Below, one piece after another: positions 34,833 to 44,859 of a stretch of DNA of 64,000 nt. Where the stretch lies: contig JAZOQT010000067.1 of the NCBI GenBank assembly GCA_045656245.1, positions 17,609 to 81,608 on the forward strand, in the 5' to 3' direction. The translations under genes were made by a program, and so were the position numbers. Each line of letters opens with the position of its first letter. Within the stretch, counting starts at the first letter, position 1. Origin of the DNA: Faecousia sp. GTDB taxonomy: Bacteria > Bacillota > Clostridia > Oscillospirales > Oscillospiraceae. Below the pieces are notes generated by a model that was given only the letters and a program-made list of their open reading frames with translations, ran no database searches and was not told the origin of the DNA.

Positions 34833-36360
34833 GGACTTATCCCCCTCGGAGGAGGCAATCTTTTCCCTGCGGAGCTTATATCGGCAGTACGGCTATATGC
34901 CCTACAAGATGAGCCGTTTTGAGGAATACGACCTGTACCGGAAAAATAAGGATTTCCTGCAATCCCAGGACATCATCACCTTCGCCGATCGAAACGGGCG
35001 GCTGTTGGCCATGAAGCCGGACGTAACGCTGTCCATTATCAAAAACGCGCCGGCGGATTCCCAAGGGGTGCAGAAGCTGTATTACAGCGAAAACGTCTAT
35101 CGGGTGGACAAGGATACCCACACCTACAAGGAGATTCTGCAAACCGGGCTGGAATGTGTGGGCGCCCTGGAGCAGGAGAACATCGCCCAGGTGGTGCTGT
35201 TGGCGGTGAAGAGTCTGGCGCTTTTGGGAGAAAGCTTTATGCTGGAAATTTCCCACATCGGCGTGGTGCAGCAGCTTTTGGAGAAAATCGGTCTGCCTCA
35301 GGAGTATTATCAGGAGGCCTTTGGGTATCTGCAGCAGAAAAGCAAGCACCAGCTGTTTGCGTTGCTGCAGGCCTGCGGCTGCGACGCAGACGCGGAAGCG
35401 CTCGACCGTTTACTGTCCTTTGCGGGAAGCAATGAAGAAATGCTCGCACTGCTCTGCGACTGGGCAGACGGCGCCTCCCTCGGAGAGCTGAAGGACATTT
35501 TGCAGCTGCTGCAGCAAAGCGGCTATGGCGATCGGGTGCGCATCGACCTGTCCGTGGGCAACGATATGAAGTACTACAGCGGCGTGGTGTTCCGTGGGTA
35601 TTTGCCCGGTCTGGCGGACAACTTGCTCTCCGGCGGTCAGTACGATAAGCTGCTGCGGAAGATGGGAAAAGCCGGCAAGGCCATCGGCTTTGCGGTGCAC
35701 GTCCAGCTTTTGGAGCGGCAGACGCAAACCCATAGGGAATTTTTGAACATTGCTCTGCCGAAGGGGCGGCTGGGAGAAAAGGCCTACCGCATCTTCAAGG
35801 AAGCGGGCTACCCCTGCCCGGCATTGGAAGAAGGCGGACGGAAGCTGATTTTCGAAAATCAGGAGCTGGGTATCCGCTATTTCTGGGTGAAGCCGTCGGA
35901 TGTTGCCATTTACGTGGAACGGGGCGCGGCAGACCTGGGAATTGTGGGAAAGGACATTCTGCTGGAATACCGCCCCGATGTGTACGAGCTGATGGACCTG
36001 GGGCTGGGCAAGTGCCGCATGGCAGTGGCTGGCAAGGGCGATTTTCAGGACAATCCGGAGAAAACCTTGCGGGTTGCCACCAAATTCCCCAACATTGCCG
36101 CGGCCTTTTACGCAGGCAAGGGACGGGATATTGACATTATTCATTTAAACGGTTCCATTGAACTGGCGCCGATTTTGGGGCTTTCCGATGTGATTGTGGA
36201 CATTGTGGAAACGGGAACCACGCTGAAGGAAAATGACCTGCAGGTGATGGAAACCATTGTTCCCATCAGCGCCCGGCTGATTGCCAATGTTTCCGGCTTC
36301 CCCTTCCAAAGACAGCGGCTTGCCCAACTGATGCAGCGATTGAAGGAGCAGGTAATATGA
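34822..36360 (+). CDS. hisZG: Fused HisZ-HisG(short) ATP phosphoribosyltransferase
   Basis: N-terminal ~300 aa are HisRS-like HisZ (KPDVT, ENVYR, QTGLE, YYSGVVF, GGQYD); C-terminal ~205 aa are HisG (IALPKGRL, DLGIVGKD, RVATKFP, GSIELAP, DIVETGTTL); one continuous ORF. Confidence 0.9.
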   Translation: MEIKDLSPSEEAIFSLRSLYRQYGYMPYKMSRFEEYDLYRKNKDFLQSQDIITFADRNGRLLAMKPDVTLSIIKNAPADSQGVQKLYYSENVYRVDKDTHTYKEILQTGLECVGALEQENIAQVVLLAVKSLALLGESFMLEISHIGVVQQLLEKIGLPQEYYQEAFGYLQQKSKHQLFALLQACGCDADAEALDRLLSFAGSNEEMLALLCDWADGASLGELKDILQLLQQSGYGDRVRIDLSVGNDMKYYSGVVFRGYLPGLADNLLSGGQYDKLLRKMGKAGKAIGFAVHVQLLERQTQTHREFLNIALPKGRLGEKAYRIFKEAGYPCPALEEGGRKLIFENQELGIRYFWVKPSDVAIYVERGAADLGIVGKDILLEYRPDVYELMDLGLGKCRMAVAGKGDFQDNPEKTLRVATKFPNIAAAFYAGKGRDIDIIHLNGSIELAPILGLSDVIVDIVETGTTLKENDLQVMETIVPISARLIANVSGFPFQRQRLAQLMQRLKEQVI

Positions 36361-37640
36361 TTCGGATTATGGCTTACGGGGAAATCCCCAACAGCGAAAT
36401 TTTTGCAAGAGAAGAAAGTGTGGCAGACGTTTCCGGGGCAGTGGCGGAGATTATCCAAAATGTCCGCAGCCGGGGCGATGAGGCCCTGCTGGAATACTGC
36501 CGGAAATTTGACAAGGCGGAGCTGACCGCCCTTGCAGTTACCCCGGAGGAGCTGGAGGAGGCGTATGCCTCGGTAGAGCCCCGGTTTTTGCAGGTGCTGG
36601 AAAAGGCCGCGGCGAATATCCGGGCCTTTCATGAAAAGCAGCTGCGCGCCGGTTTTGAAAGCGAATCCCCCGACGGCATTGTAACAGGCCAGAAGATTCT
36701 TCCCATTGCCCAGGTGGGCGTGTACGTCCCCGGCGGCACAGCCAGCTACCCTTCCACGGTTTTGATGGACACCATTCCCGCGGTAATCGCCGGCTGTCGC
36801 CGGGTGGTTATGGTTTCTCCTCCCAACAAGGATGGGAAAATCCCCGGGGTGATTCTGGCGGCGGCAAAAATTGCCGGCGTTACGGAGATTTACAAGGTGG
36901 GCGGCGCCCAGGCGGTAGCCGCGCTGGCCTACGGCACCCAAAGCATTGCCCCCGTGGACAAAATTGTGGGCCCCGGAAATGCCTATGTGGCAGAGGCAAA
37001 GCGGCAGGTGTTCGGACGGGTGGCCATTGATATGATTGCCGGCCCCAGCGAGATTCTGGTGGTGGCAGACGGAAAGAGCAACCCAGCCCATGTTGCGGCG
37101 GATATGCTCAGCCAGGCAGAGCATGACAAAATGGCTAGCGCCGTGCTGGTTACCGACAGCGATGCTCTGGCAAAGGAAGTGGCCCGGGAGCTGGAAGTTC
37201 AAATTCCTCTGCTTCCCCGGCAGGAAATCGCCAGGGCGTCCATTGACCGCAACGGCAAAATCATTGTGGCCAAGGACCTGCGAACTGCCATTTCTATTGC
37301 CAATGAAATCGCTCCGGAGCATTTGGAGCTGATGGTGGACGAACCCTTTGCCTGGCTGGAGCAGGTGGAAAATGCCGGTTCGGTGTTTTTGGGGCGGAAC
37401 TGCCCCGAGGCGCTGGGGGACTATTACGCAGGTCCTAACCACACCCTGCCCACCGGCGGCACGGCCCGTTTTTCCAGTGCCTTGGGGGTAGATGACTTTG
37501 TGAAAAAGAGCCAGTACATCTACTGCACCAAGGAAGTTTTGGAAACGGTGGGAAATTCCGTTGCCTACTTTGCCCAAAAAGAGGGCTTGCAGGGCCACGG
37601 AGAAAGCATCTTGATTCGCAACAAGGAAGTGATGGAATGA
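36357..37640 (+). CDS. hisD: Histidinol dehydrogenase
   Basis: YVPGG, GPGNAYV, DMIAGPSE, QAEHD, APEHL, GPNHTLPT. Confidence 0.97.
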   Translation: MIRIMAYGEIPNSEIFAREESVADVSGAVAEIIQNVRSRGDEALLEYCRKFDKAELTALAVTPEELEEAYASVEPRFLQVLEKAAANIRAFHEKQLRAGFESESPDGIVTGQKILPIAQVGVYVPGGTASYPSTVLMDTIPAVIAGCRRVVMVSPPNKDGKIPGVILAAAKIAGVTEIYKVGGAQAVAALAYGTQSIAPVDKIVGPGNAYVAEAKRQVFGRVAIDMIAGPSEILVVADGKSNPAHVAADMLSQAEHDKMASAVLVTDSDALAKEVARELEVQIPLLPRQEIARASIDRNGKIIVAKDLRTAISIANEIAPEHLELMVDEPFAWLEQVENAGSVFLGRNCPEALGDYYAGPNHTLPTGGTARFSSALGVDDFVKKSQYIYCTKEVLETVGNSVAYFAQKEGLQGHGESILIRNKEVME

Positions 37641-38710
37641 GCCGGTTTATGAACCAGCGCTACGCTGGGCTTCAGGCCTATACCCCCGGGGAACAGCCTC
37701 GGGACAAGCAATACATCAAGCTCAATACCAATGAATCCCCCTTCCCCCCAGCGCCTGAGGTGCTGACGGCAATTGACGAAGGCCAGGTGGCGGATTTGCG
37801 GCTGTACAGCGACCCCACGGGAAAGGCACTGAAGGAAAAGTTGGCAGGGCTGTACGGAGTGGAGGCGGAGAATGTATTTCTCTCCAACGGCTCTGACGAT
37901 ATTCTCAACTTTGCTTTTCTTGCCTTTGGGCAGGACGGGGCAGTGTTCCCGGATATTACGTATGGGTTTTATCCCGTATTCGGTCAGCTTCACGGCGTAA
38001 GCTGCGAGGAAATCCCCCTGCAGGCGGACTTTTCCGTGGACTACAAGGCCTATTGCGGCGCACGGAAGCTGGTGGTGATTGCCAATCCCAATGCCCCCAC
38101 AGGAATGAGCATTCCGGTGTGGCAGATTGAAGAGATTCTGAAAAGCAATCCCCAAAATGTGGTGGTGATTGACGAAGCCTACATCGATTTCGGGGGAGAA
38201 AGCTGTTACCCCTTAATCAGAAGCTACGACAATCTTCTGGTGGTGCGCACCTTTTCCAAATCCCGCTGCATGGCCGGCGGCCGGTTGGGCTACGCCATGG
38301 CGTCGGCAGAGCTGATTGCGGACCTGGAGAAAATTAAGTACTCCACCAACCCCTACAATGTCAACCGCCTTACCCTGCTTCTGGGAGAGGCCACCGTAGA
38401 GGCGGAAAGCTACTACGGGGCCATGTGCCGGGAAATTATGCGGGTGCGGCAATGGACACAGCAGGCGCTGGAGGATTTGGGCTTTTCGGTGCTGCAAAGC
38501 GATGCCAACTTCCTGTTCGCCAAATCCCCCGCCATGGAAGGCCGGGCGCTGTACCTTGCCTTAAAGGAAAAAGGTATCCTGGTGCGGCACTTCCAAAAGC
38601 AAAGAATCAGCGACTATCTTCGCATCACCATCGGCACGCAGGAGCAGATGGCGCGTTTCATAGAGGCAATTAAGGAAATTCTGGGAGGGAACGACAGTGA
38701 GAATCAGTGA
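37637..38710 (+). CDS. hisC: Histidinol-phosphate aminotransferase
   Basis: KLNTNE, NGSDD, NPNAPTG, DEAY, RTFSKS. Confidence 0.95.
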   Translation: MSRFMNQRYAGLQAYTPGEQPRDKQYIKLNTNESPFPPAPEVLTAIDEGQVADLRLYSDPTGKALKEKLAGLYGVEAENVFLSNGSDDILNFAFLAFGQDGAVFPDITYGFYPVFGQLHGVSCEEIPLQADFSVDYKAYCGARKLVVIANPNAPTGMSIPVWQIEEILKSNPQNVVVIDEAYIDFGGESCYPLIRSYDNLLVVRTFSKSRCMAGGRLGYAMASAELIADLEKIKYSTNPYNVNRLTLLLGEATVEAESYYGAMCREIMRVRQWTQQALEDLGFSVLQSDANFLFAKSPAMEGRALYLALKEKGILVRHFQKQRISDYLRITIGTQEQMARFIEAIKEILGGNDSENQ

Positions 38711-39284
38711 AATTAACCGCAAAACCGGAGAAACCGACATCTCCGTTAAGCTGAATTTAGACGGCACAGGGGTGAGCCAAATCGCCACAGGCGTGGGCTT
38801 TTTGGACCATATGCTGACCCTCTTTGCCGCCCACGGAAAATTTGACTTGGCAATTTCCTGCCAGGGAGATACCAATGTGGACGACCACCACACCGCAGAG
38901 GATGTGGGCATCTGCCTGGGACAGGCGTTTTGTCAGGCCCTGGGGGACAAACGGGGCATCACCCGTTACGGCAATTTCATTCTGCCTATGGACGAGGCGC
39001 TGATTCTGTCTGCGGCGGACATTTCCGGCAGAAGCTATTTGGGCTATCAGCTGGACATTCCCACAGAGAAAATCGGCACTTTTGACACGGAGCTGGTGGA
39101 GGAATTTTTCCTGGGCTTTGTCCGCAACTGTCCCATGAGCCTGCACATTCGCAAAATGGCAGGTACCAATTCCCATCACATTGCCGAGGGCGCTTTCAAA
39201 TCCGTGGCCAGAAGCCTGAAGGCGGCAGTGGCGGTGGACAGCACCTGCGCCGATGCAATCCCTTCTACCAAGGGAGTTTTGTGA
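38697..39284 (+). CDS. hisB: Imidazoleglycerol-phosphate dehydratase
   Basis: FLDHML, DDHHT.ED, PMDEAL, NSHH..E, PSTKGVL. Confidence 0.96.
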   Translation: MRISEINRKTGETDISVKLNLDGTGVSQIATGVGFLDHMLTLFAAHGKFDLAISCQGDTNVDDHHTAEDVGICLGQAFCQALGDKRGITRYGNFILPMDEALILSAADISGRSYLGYQLDIPTEKIGTFDTELVEEFFLGFVRNCPMSLHIRKMAGTNSHHIAEGAFKSVARSLKAAVAVDSTCADAIPSTKGVL

Positions 39285-39898
39285 TGATTGGCATTATTGA
39301 TTACGGTGTAGGGAACCTCTTTTCCCTGGTTTCCTCCCTGAAAGCCATTGGTGCGGAGGCATTTGTTTCTTCCGATGAACAAAGGCTGGCCACCGCGGAC
39401 AAGCTGATTTTGCCCGGGGTGGGGGCTTTCCCCGATGCGGCACAGAAGCTTCGCAGTACGGGCTTGGGGGACTTTGTCTGCCGGCAGGCCCGGGCGGGCG
39501 TGCCGCTGCTGGGGATTTGCCTTGGTATGCAGCTGCTGTTTGAAGAGAGCTATGAATACGGCCGCCATAGCGGTCTGGGGCTGTTAAAGGGCAGCGTGGT
39601 TGCCATGAAAGGACAGCTCCCGGAGGATTTAAAAATCCCCCACATGGGCTGGAACAGACTGCACATTGCGCAGGAAAACAGCTGCCTGCTTTCCCGGGTG
39701 CGGGAAGGGGATTATGTGTACTTTGTCCACTCCTTTTTTGCCAGGGGTTGCGAAGCATCTCTGGCAGCCACGGCGCACTACGGCATTGCCATCACCGCCG
39801 CGGTGGAACAGGGCAATGTTTTCGGCTGCCAGTTCCACCCGGAAAAGAGCGGCGAGGTGGGATTGAATATTTTGCGCAGCTTTGCCTTGGAGGTGTGA
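39281..39898 (+). CDS. hisH: Imidazole glycerol phosphate synthase, glutaminase subunit
   Basis: DYGVGN, LPGVG, GICLGMQ, PHMGWN, QFHPEKS. Confidence 0.96.
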   Translation: MMIGIIDYGVGNLFSLVSSLKAIGAEAFVSSDEQRLATADKLILPGVGAFPDAAQKLRSTGLGDFVCRQARAGVPLLGICLGMQLLFEESYEYGRHSGLGLLKGSVVAMKGQLPEDLKIPHMGWNRLHIAQENSCLLSRVREGDYVYFVHSFFARGCEASLAATAHYGIAITAAVEQGNVFGCQFHPEKSGEVGLNILRSFALEV

Positions 39899-39902
39899 TT
39901 GT

Positions 39903-40616
39903 ATGTATCTTTATCCGGCCATAGACCTGTATGACGGAAAGGCCGTACGGCTATATAAGGGCGACTATGCCCAGATGACGGTATACAGCGAACAGCCCGA
40001 GGAAATCGCCATGGATTTCAAGGCCTGCGGCGCAACCCACATGCACCTGGTAGATCTGCAGGGGGCGAAGCTGGGCAGACCTGCAAACGCCCAAACCGTG
40101 GAAGCCCTTGCGGCGGCCTTTGGCGGCTTTGTGGAAGTCGGCGGCGGTATCCGCAACCTGGAAACGGCGGAGCATTACCTGTCCAGAGGCGCAAACCGGG
40201 TGATTCTGGGAACAGCGGCGGTGGAAAATCCGGAATTTTTGGAGAAAGCGCTGGAAAAACACGGAGAGAAAATCGCTGTGGGCGTGGATTTAAAGGACGG
40301 CTTTGTGGCAATAAAGGGCTGGACGGAGAAATCTGCCCTCACCGCCTGGGACTTTTTTGACAAAATGCAGGCCCTGGGCGTAACGGCGGTGATTTGCACC
40401 GACATTTCCAAGGACGGCGCCATGGAGGGCACCAATCGGGAACTGTACCGGCAGCTTTCCCAGCGCTATACCATGGATATTATCGCCTCCGGCGGCGTCA
40501 GCAGTCTGGAGGATGTGCAGGCTCTGCAGGCCATGGGTATCCACGGGGCGATCATCGGCAAAGCCTATTATACCGGTTCGGTGGATTTGCGTCGGGCAGT
40601 GGAGGAAGCGAAATGA
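39903..40616 (+). CDS. hisA: ProFAR isomerase
   Basis: YPAIDL..GKAVRL, GGGIR, TDISKDG, ASGGV. Confidence 0.95.
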   Translation: MYLYPAIDLYDGKAVRLYKGDYAQMTVYSEQPEEIAMDFKACGATHMHLVDLQGAKLGRPANAQTVEALAAAFGGFVEVGGGIRNLETAEHYLSRGANRVILGTAAVENPEFLEKALEKHGEKIAVGVDLKDGFVAIKGWTEKSALTAWDFFDKMQALGVTAVICTDISKDGAMEGTNRELYRQLSQRYTMDIIASGGVSSLEDVQALQAMGIHGAIIGKAYYTGSVDLRRAVEEAK

Positions 40617-41371
40617 TTACAAAGCGAATTATACCCTGCCTGGACGTAAAGGACGGCAGGGTGGTAAAGGGCACCAATTTCCAGGGACTTCAGGATGTGT
40701 CCAATCCGGTGCAGTTGGGAAAATACTACTGCGACCAGGGGGCGGACGAGCTGGTGTTTTATGACATAACCGCTTCCAGTGAGGGAAGAAAGCTGTTCAC
40801 CGACATTCTTACGGAGGTGGCGCAGACCATTTTTATCCCCTTGACGGTGGGTGGCGGCATTAACACTGTGGAGGACTTTGACAGGGTGCTCAAATGCGGC
40901 GCGGACAAGGTCAGCGTCAATTCCGGCGCCATTGCCAATCCGGATTTGATTCGGGAGGCCGCCCGCCGCTACGGCGACCAATGCGTGGTACTTTCCGCTG
41001 ATGTGAAACGGGTGGACGGTGAGTTTCGGGTGTTTGCCAAAGGCGGCAGAGTGGACACGGGCATGGAGGCCGTTTCCTGGATTCAAAAGTGCGTCAGCAA
41101 CGGGGCGGGGGAAGTGGTGCTCAACTCCATCGACACCGATGGAGTAAAACAGGGCTTCGACCTTCCTATGCTGGAGGCGGTGTGCAACGCGGTGGATGTG
41201 CCGGTGATCGCCTCCGGCGGCGCCGGGTGCAGCGAGGATTTTGTGAAGCTGTTTCAGTCAATTCCCAAGGTAGACGCAGGTCTGGCCGCATCCATTTTCC
41301 ATTTTGGACAGGTTAGCATTCCCCAGTTGAAGCAGCTGCTTCGGGAAAATCAGATAGATGTGAGGTTATAA
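40613..41371 (+). CDS. hisF: Imidazole glycerol phosphate synthase, cyclase subunit
   Basis: KRIIPCLDV..GRVVKG, GADEL, ASGGAG, AASIFH. Confidence 0.96.
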   Translation: MITKRIIPCLDVKDGRVVKGTNFQGLQDVSNPVQLGKYYCDQGADELVFYDITASSEGRKLFTDILTEVAQTIFIPLTVGGGINTVEDFDRVLKCGADKVSVNSGAIANPDLIREAARRYGDQCVVLSADVKRVDGEFRVFAKGGRVDTGMEAVSWIQKCVSNGAGEVVLNSIDTDGVKQGFDLPMLEAVCNAVDVPVIASGGAGCSEDFVKLFQSIPKVDAGLAASIFHFGQVSIPQLKQLLRENQIDVRL

Positions 41372-41373
41372 TT

Positions 41374-42018
41374 ATGGATTTGAACAAGCTGAAATTTGAC
41401 GAAAAGGGTTTGATCCCCGCCATTGTGGTGGATGATGCCACGGGCAAGGTGCTTACCCTTGCCTATATGAATCGGGAGAGTCTGGAAATCTCCCTGGAAA
41501 AGAAGCTGACCTGCTTTTACAGCCGTTCCCGTCAGGAGCTTTGGCTGAAAGGAGAGACCAGCGGTAACTATCAGCATATTGTGTCCATCACCGCTGATTG
41601 CGATTACGATGCGTTGACGGTGCGGGTAAAAAAGGACGGACCGGCCTGCCACCTGGGGGAGGACTCCTGCTTCCACAATCCCGTTTTCGGAGGGGAGGAG
41701 GAAGGATTCTCTCTGGAGGGGCTGTATGGGCTTTTGCAGGGCAGAAAAAAGGATTTGCCCGAGGGCTCTTACACCACCTATCTGTTCCAAAAGGGCTTGG
41801 ACAAGATTCTGAAAAAGGTGGGTGAGGAGTCCACCGAGGTGATTATCGCCGGCAAGGCGGAGGACAAAAAGGAAACCGTGTATGAAATTGCGGATCTGTG
41901 CTATCATGTGCTGGTACTGATGGTGCAGATGGGCATTTCTCTGGAGGAAATCAAAGAGGAATTGGCCGGCCGCCATGTCATCGACCATAAGGTAAAGCAG
42001 GAAAAAATGACGAAATGA
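41374..42018 (+). CDS. hisIE: Bifunctional PR-AMP cyclohydrolase / PR-ATP pyrophosphatase
   Basis: WLKGETSG, DCD.D, ACH....SCF; GSYT..L, KKVGEE, EIADL.YH. Confidence 0.96.
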   Translation: MDLNKLKFDEKGLIPAIVVDDATGKVLTLAYMNRESLEISLEKKLTCFYSRSRQELWLKGETSGNYQHIVSITADCDYDALTVRVKKDGPACHLGEDSCFHNPVFGGEEEGFSLEGLYGLLQGRKKDLPEGSYTTYLFQKGLDKILKKVGEESTEVIIAGKAEDKKETVYEIADLCYHVLVLMVQMGISLEEIKEELAGRHVIDHKVKQEKMTK

Positions 42019-42028
42019 GGTATTTGCC

Positions 42029-42802
42029 GTGCGTGTTGTGATTAAAATCGGAACCAGCACATTGACCCATGCTACGGGGCATTTGAATATTCGCCACATT
42101 CAGGCGCTGTGCAGCTGCATCAGCGACATTAAAAATGCCGGGCATGAGGTGATTTTGGTTTCCTCCGGCGCCATTGGCATGGGCGTAGGAAAACTGGGTC
42201 TGCAAAAGCGGCCAGCGGACATTCCCACCAAGCAGGCCGCCGCAGCTGTGGGGCAGTGCGAGCTGATGTATACATACGACAAGCTGTTCAGCGAGTATCA
42301 TCACACTGTTGCCCAGTTGCTCATCACCGGAGACGACGTGGCAGACGAAACCAGACACCGCAATTTCAGCAACACCTTAAACCGGCTGCTGGAATTAGGG
42401 GCGATTCCCATTATCAACGAAAACGACACTGTGGCAACGGCAGAGCTGGGCATTGGGGACAATGATACTCTGGCCGCCATTGTGGCGCAGAGCGTCAAGG
42501 CCAACAAGCTGGTTCTGCTGTCGGACATTGACGGGCTCTATACCGCCGACCCCCACACCCACCCCGATGCCAAGCTGATCTCCCGTGTGGAAAAGCTGGA
42601 CGAGAGCGTTTTTGCTCTTGCCGGCGTCAGCGGAAGTGATTTGGGTACTGGGGGCATGGTTACCAAGCTGCAGGCAGCAAGAATCTGCATGGACTGCGGC
42701 TGTGAAATGGTGATTACCAACGGAAACGACACGAACAACCTCTATGCCGTTCTGGACGGCCGGTGGGTGGGAACGACCTTTACGGAGAAACACTATGATT
42801 GA
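42029..42802 (+). CDS. proB: Glutamate 5-kinase (no PUA domain)
   Basis: VIKIGTS, SSGAI, NENDTV, GDND, GTGGM.TK. Confidence 0.95.
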   Translation: MRVVIKIGTSTLTHATGHLNIRHIQALCSCISDIKNAGHEVILVSSGAIGMGVGKLGLQKRPADIPTKQAAAAVGQCELMYTYDKLFSEYHHTVAQLLITGDDVADETRHRNFSNTLNRLLELGAIPIINENDTVATAELGIGDNDTLAAIVAQSVKANKLVLLSDIDGLYTADPHTHPDAKLISRVEKLDESVFALAGVSGSDLGTGGMVTKLQAARICMDCGCEMVITNGNDTNNLYAVLDGRWVGTTFTEKHYD

Positions 42803-44018
42803 GATGCTGAAAGCCGCAAAAGCGGCAAAATCGGAAATTGCCCGGCTGACCACGGCGCAAAAAAATGCCGCCCTGGAGGCCATGGCCGATGCCCTTCTGG
42901 CCCGGGAGGAAGCCATTCTGGAAGCCAACAGGGCGGACATGGAAAAGGCAAGGGGCAGTGTTTCCGATGTAATGCTGGACAGATTGCAGCTGACACCCGG
43001 GCGCATCGCCGCTATGGCCGAAGGCCTGCGTTCCGTGGCCAAGCTGCCGGACCCGGTGGGGAGAATCCGCAGGGAATATACAAGACCCGACGGCTTGCAG
43101 ATTCGCCAAATCAGCGTTCCTATGGGGGTTATTGCCATTATCTACGAAAGCCGGCCCAATGTTACCTCCGATGCGGCGGCTCTGGCGCTGAAAAGCGGCA
43201 GCGTGTGTATTCTGCGTGGGGGAAAAGAGGCGTTTGGCTCTGCCAATGCTATTGTTACGGCGCTGAAGGCCGGACTGGAGGCAGTGAATATTACCCAGGA
43301 TGCGGTGCATCTGGTGCAGGATACCTCCCGGGACAGCGCCAAGACGCTGATGACAGCAAACGGCTATGTGGACCTGCTGATACCCAGAGGGGGCGCAGGG
43401 CTGATTAATGCCTGTGTGGAGCAGGCCACGGTGCCCTGTATTGCCACCGGAACAGGCATCTGCCATGTGTACGTGGAAAAGACTGCCGACCTGGAAATGG
43501 CCCTGGCCATTGTGGAAAATGCAAAAACCAGCCGTCCCAGTGTGTGCAACGCCGCAGAGGTTCTGCTGGTGGACAGAGAAATTGCCCCCCGGTTTTTGCC
43601 CATGCTGCAAAAAAGGATTCCCCATGTTCAGCTGCGGCTGGATGGGTATGCCCAGACAATTCTGTCCGGGGCAAAGGCGGGGGAGAGAGACTTCGATACG
43701 GAGTTTTTGGACTACATTCTGGCGGTTAAGTGCGTCGATGGCGTGCAGGAGGCCGTGGCCCATATTGCAGACCATTCCACAGGCCACAGCGAGGCTATCA
43801 TCACTACCTCGGAGGAGGCCAAGGCAGCTTTTGTGTCCCAGGTGGACAGCGCTGCGGTGTATGTCAATGCCTCCACCCGATTCACCGACGGTGGGGAATT
43901 TGGTCTGGGCTGTGAAATGGGTATTTCCACCCAGAAGCTTCACGCCAGAGGCCCCATGGGCCTGGAGGAGCTGACTACGGGAAAGTATGTGATTGTGGGA
44001 AACGGCAATATCAGATAG
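42795..44018 (+). CDS. proA: Gamma-glutamyl phosphate reductase
   Basis: [39 protein letters not shown]. Confidence 0.96.
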   Translation: MIEMLKAAKAAKSEIARLTTAQKNAALEAMADALLAREEAILEANRADMEKARGSVSDVMLDRLQLTPGRIAAMAEGLRSVAKLPDPVGRIRREYTRPDGLQIRQISVPMGVIAIIYESRPNVTSDAAALALKSGSVCILRGGKEAFGSANAIVTALKAGLEAVNITQDAVHLVQDTSRDSAKTLMTANGYVDLLIPRGGAGLINACVEQATVPCIATGTGICHVYVEKTADLEMALAIVENAKTSRPSVCNAAEVLLVDREIAPRFLPMLQKRIPHVQLRLDGYAQTILSGAKAGERDFDTEFLDYILAVKCVDGVQEAVAHIADHSTGHSEAIITTSEEAKAAFVSQVDSAAVYVNASTRFTDGGEFGLGCEMGISTQKLHARGPMGLEELTTGKYVIVGNGNIR

Positions 44019-44028
44019 GAGCATAACC

Positions 44029-44814
44029 ATGAAGTACGGATTTATAGGCTGCGGCAATATGGGTGGCGCCTTGGCCCAGGCGCTGTGCAAAAATAGAAAT
44101 GATGTACTGCTTTCCGACCGAAGCGGAAAGGGTAAGGAATTGGCCCGGCGACTGGGCTGCCAATACGGCACAGTGGAGGACGCCGCCGCCTGTGAGCGGG
44201 TGTTTTTGGGGGTAAAGCCCCAGAATATGCAGGAGGTGCTCCAGGGGGTTCAGCCGATTTTGGCCGAAAAAAAGCCCCTGCTGATTTCTATGGCCGCAGG
44301 GCTTACCCTGGATACCGTAGAAGCCTTTGCAGGGCGGAAGCTGCCGGTGATTCGCATTATGCCCAACACGCCGGTGGCTGTGGGAATGGGCATGATACCC
44401 TACTGCTGCAACAGCCTGGTGTCCCCGGAGGAGGAAACGGACTTTCTCCGGGATATGGCCATGGCCGGTATGTTTGACAAGCTGGAGGAAGCGCTCATGG
44501 ACGGGGCAACCTCTGTGGCCGGCTGCGGCCCGGCCTTTGCTTACGCCTTTATCGACGCTCTGGCAAGGGGCGGTATTGCCTGCGGCCTGCCGGAGGAAAA
44601 AGCCCTGGCCTATGCCGCTGCAACAGTGGCAGGGGCGGCAGGCATGGTAAAAGCGACGGGGGAAACGCCCCAGGCGCTGATCAATGCGGTATGCTCCCCG
44701 GGGGGCAGCACCATAGAGGGCGTAAAAGTGCTTCAGCAGCAGGGCCTGGAGGAAACGGTGAAGGCCTGCGTGGCGGCTTCTTATCAGCGAAACCGGGAAC
44801 TGGGAAAGAAATAA
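44029..44814 (+). CDS. proC: Pyrroline-5-carboxylate reductase
   Basis: GFIGCGNMG, VKPQ, RIMPNTP, GCGPA, VCSPGGST. Confidence 0.95.
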   Translation: MKYGFIGCGNMGGALAQALCKNRNDVLLSDRSGKGKELARRLGCQYGTVEDAAACERVFLGVKPQNMQEVLQGVQPILAEKKPLLISMAAGLTLDTVEAFAGRKLPVIRIMPNTPVAVGMGMIPYCCNSLVSPEEETDFLRDMAMAGMFDKLEEALMDGATSVAGCGPAFAYAFIDALARGGIACGLPEEKALAYAAATVAGAAGMVKATGETPQALINAVCSPGGSTIEGVKVLQQQGLEETVKACVAASYQRNRELGKK

Positions 44815-44817
44815 TTT

Positions 44818-44845
44818 AAGGGCGTGCCGTAAGGCACGCCCTTTG
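44818..44845. terminator. Terminator ending the his-pro cluster
   Basis: AAGGGCGTGCC-gtaa-GGCACGCCCTT between convergent genes. Confidence 0.75.
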
Positions 44846-44859
44846 TATATGGGTAAGAA

